64,000 bases of DNA from Trichoplax adhaerens (taxonomy: Eukaryota > Animalia > Placozoa), in assembly GCF_000150275.1 (NCBI RefSeq), contig NW_002060947.1:6215648-6279647 (forward strand). Direction: 5' to 3'. How positions within the stretch are numbered: position 1 is the stretch's first letter; every line of letters starts with the position of its first letter. The translations under genes and the position numbers were made by a program. Below the pieces are notes generated by a model that was not told where the DNA came from, ran no database searches, and saw nothing but the letters and a program-made list of their open reading frames with translations. Below, one piece after another: positions 63,773-64,000 of this stretch.

Positions 63773-64000
63773 GCGACGATTGGGCCAATCACAAGACTGA
63801 AGGTGACGTGTGTACTAGTGTCAGCGGAAAGAAAACACGATCGGCCAGTGCGGTCATCCCCTTCCAGTTGCTTTTGTTGGCAAATGCAAAATGGCGAGCT
63901 CGTCTAAGAAGAGTAATATCGATTATTCCGCTTCCTCGCCTCTTACCTTATCCATGGAATCATCCATCTTAAGACAGCAATCGCTATCCGATGAAGATCA

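Overview
AT-rich, intron-containing animal genomic DNA with three assembly gaps. Composition, short introns and conserved intron positions suggest a compact non-bilaterian genome, possibly a placozoan; this is inference only. 3.9-28.2 kb is a tandem cluster of gamma-butyrobetaine dioxygenase (BBOX1-like, Fe/2OG) genes: 3 intact 4-exon genes, 2 gap-truncated copies and several pseudogene pieces. It appears to be an A+B two-gene cassette repeated three times plus a divergent copy C, and contains solo LTRs. Next come RBX1 (-, six short exons, absent from the ORF track) head-to-head with a CGFC glutaredoxin (+), a bacterial-type TrmH/SpoU methyltransferase (-), a Helitron helicase relic, mARC/MOSC (-), RAMAC-like (-) head-to-head with ubinuclein (+), and a secreted alpha-carbonic anhydrase (-). 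About 7.5 kb without recognisable genes and two tandem-repeat blocks end the window. The most striking unexplained signal is dense TACAGTA/TACTGTA arrays at housekeeping-gene promoters. Duplicated sequences inside the window differ by exact 5-bp CAGTA/CTGTA units at TA dinucleotides, the shape of a Tc1/mariner excision footprint. A TA-flanked CAGTG...CACTG mini-element sits inside one array. These promoter arrays may therefore be stacked transposon footprints.
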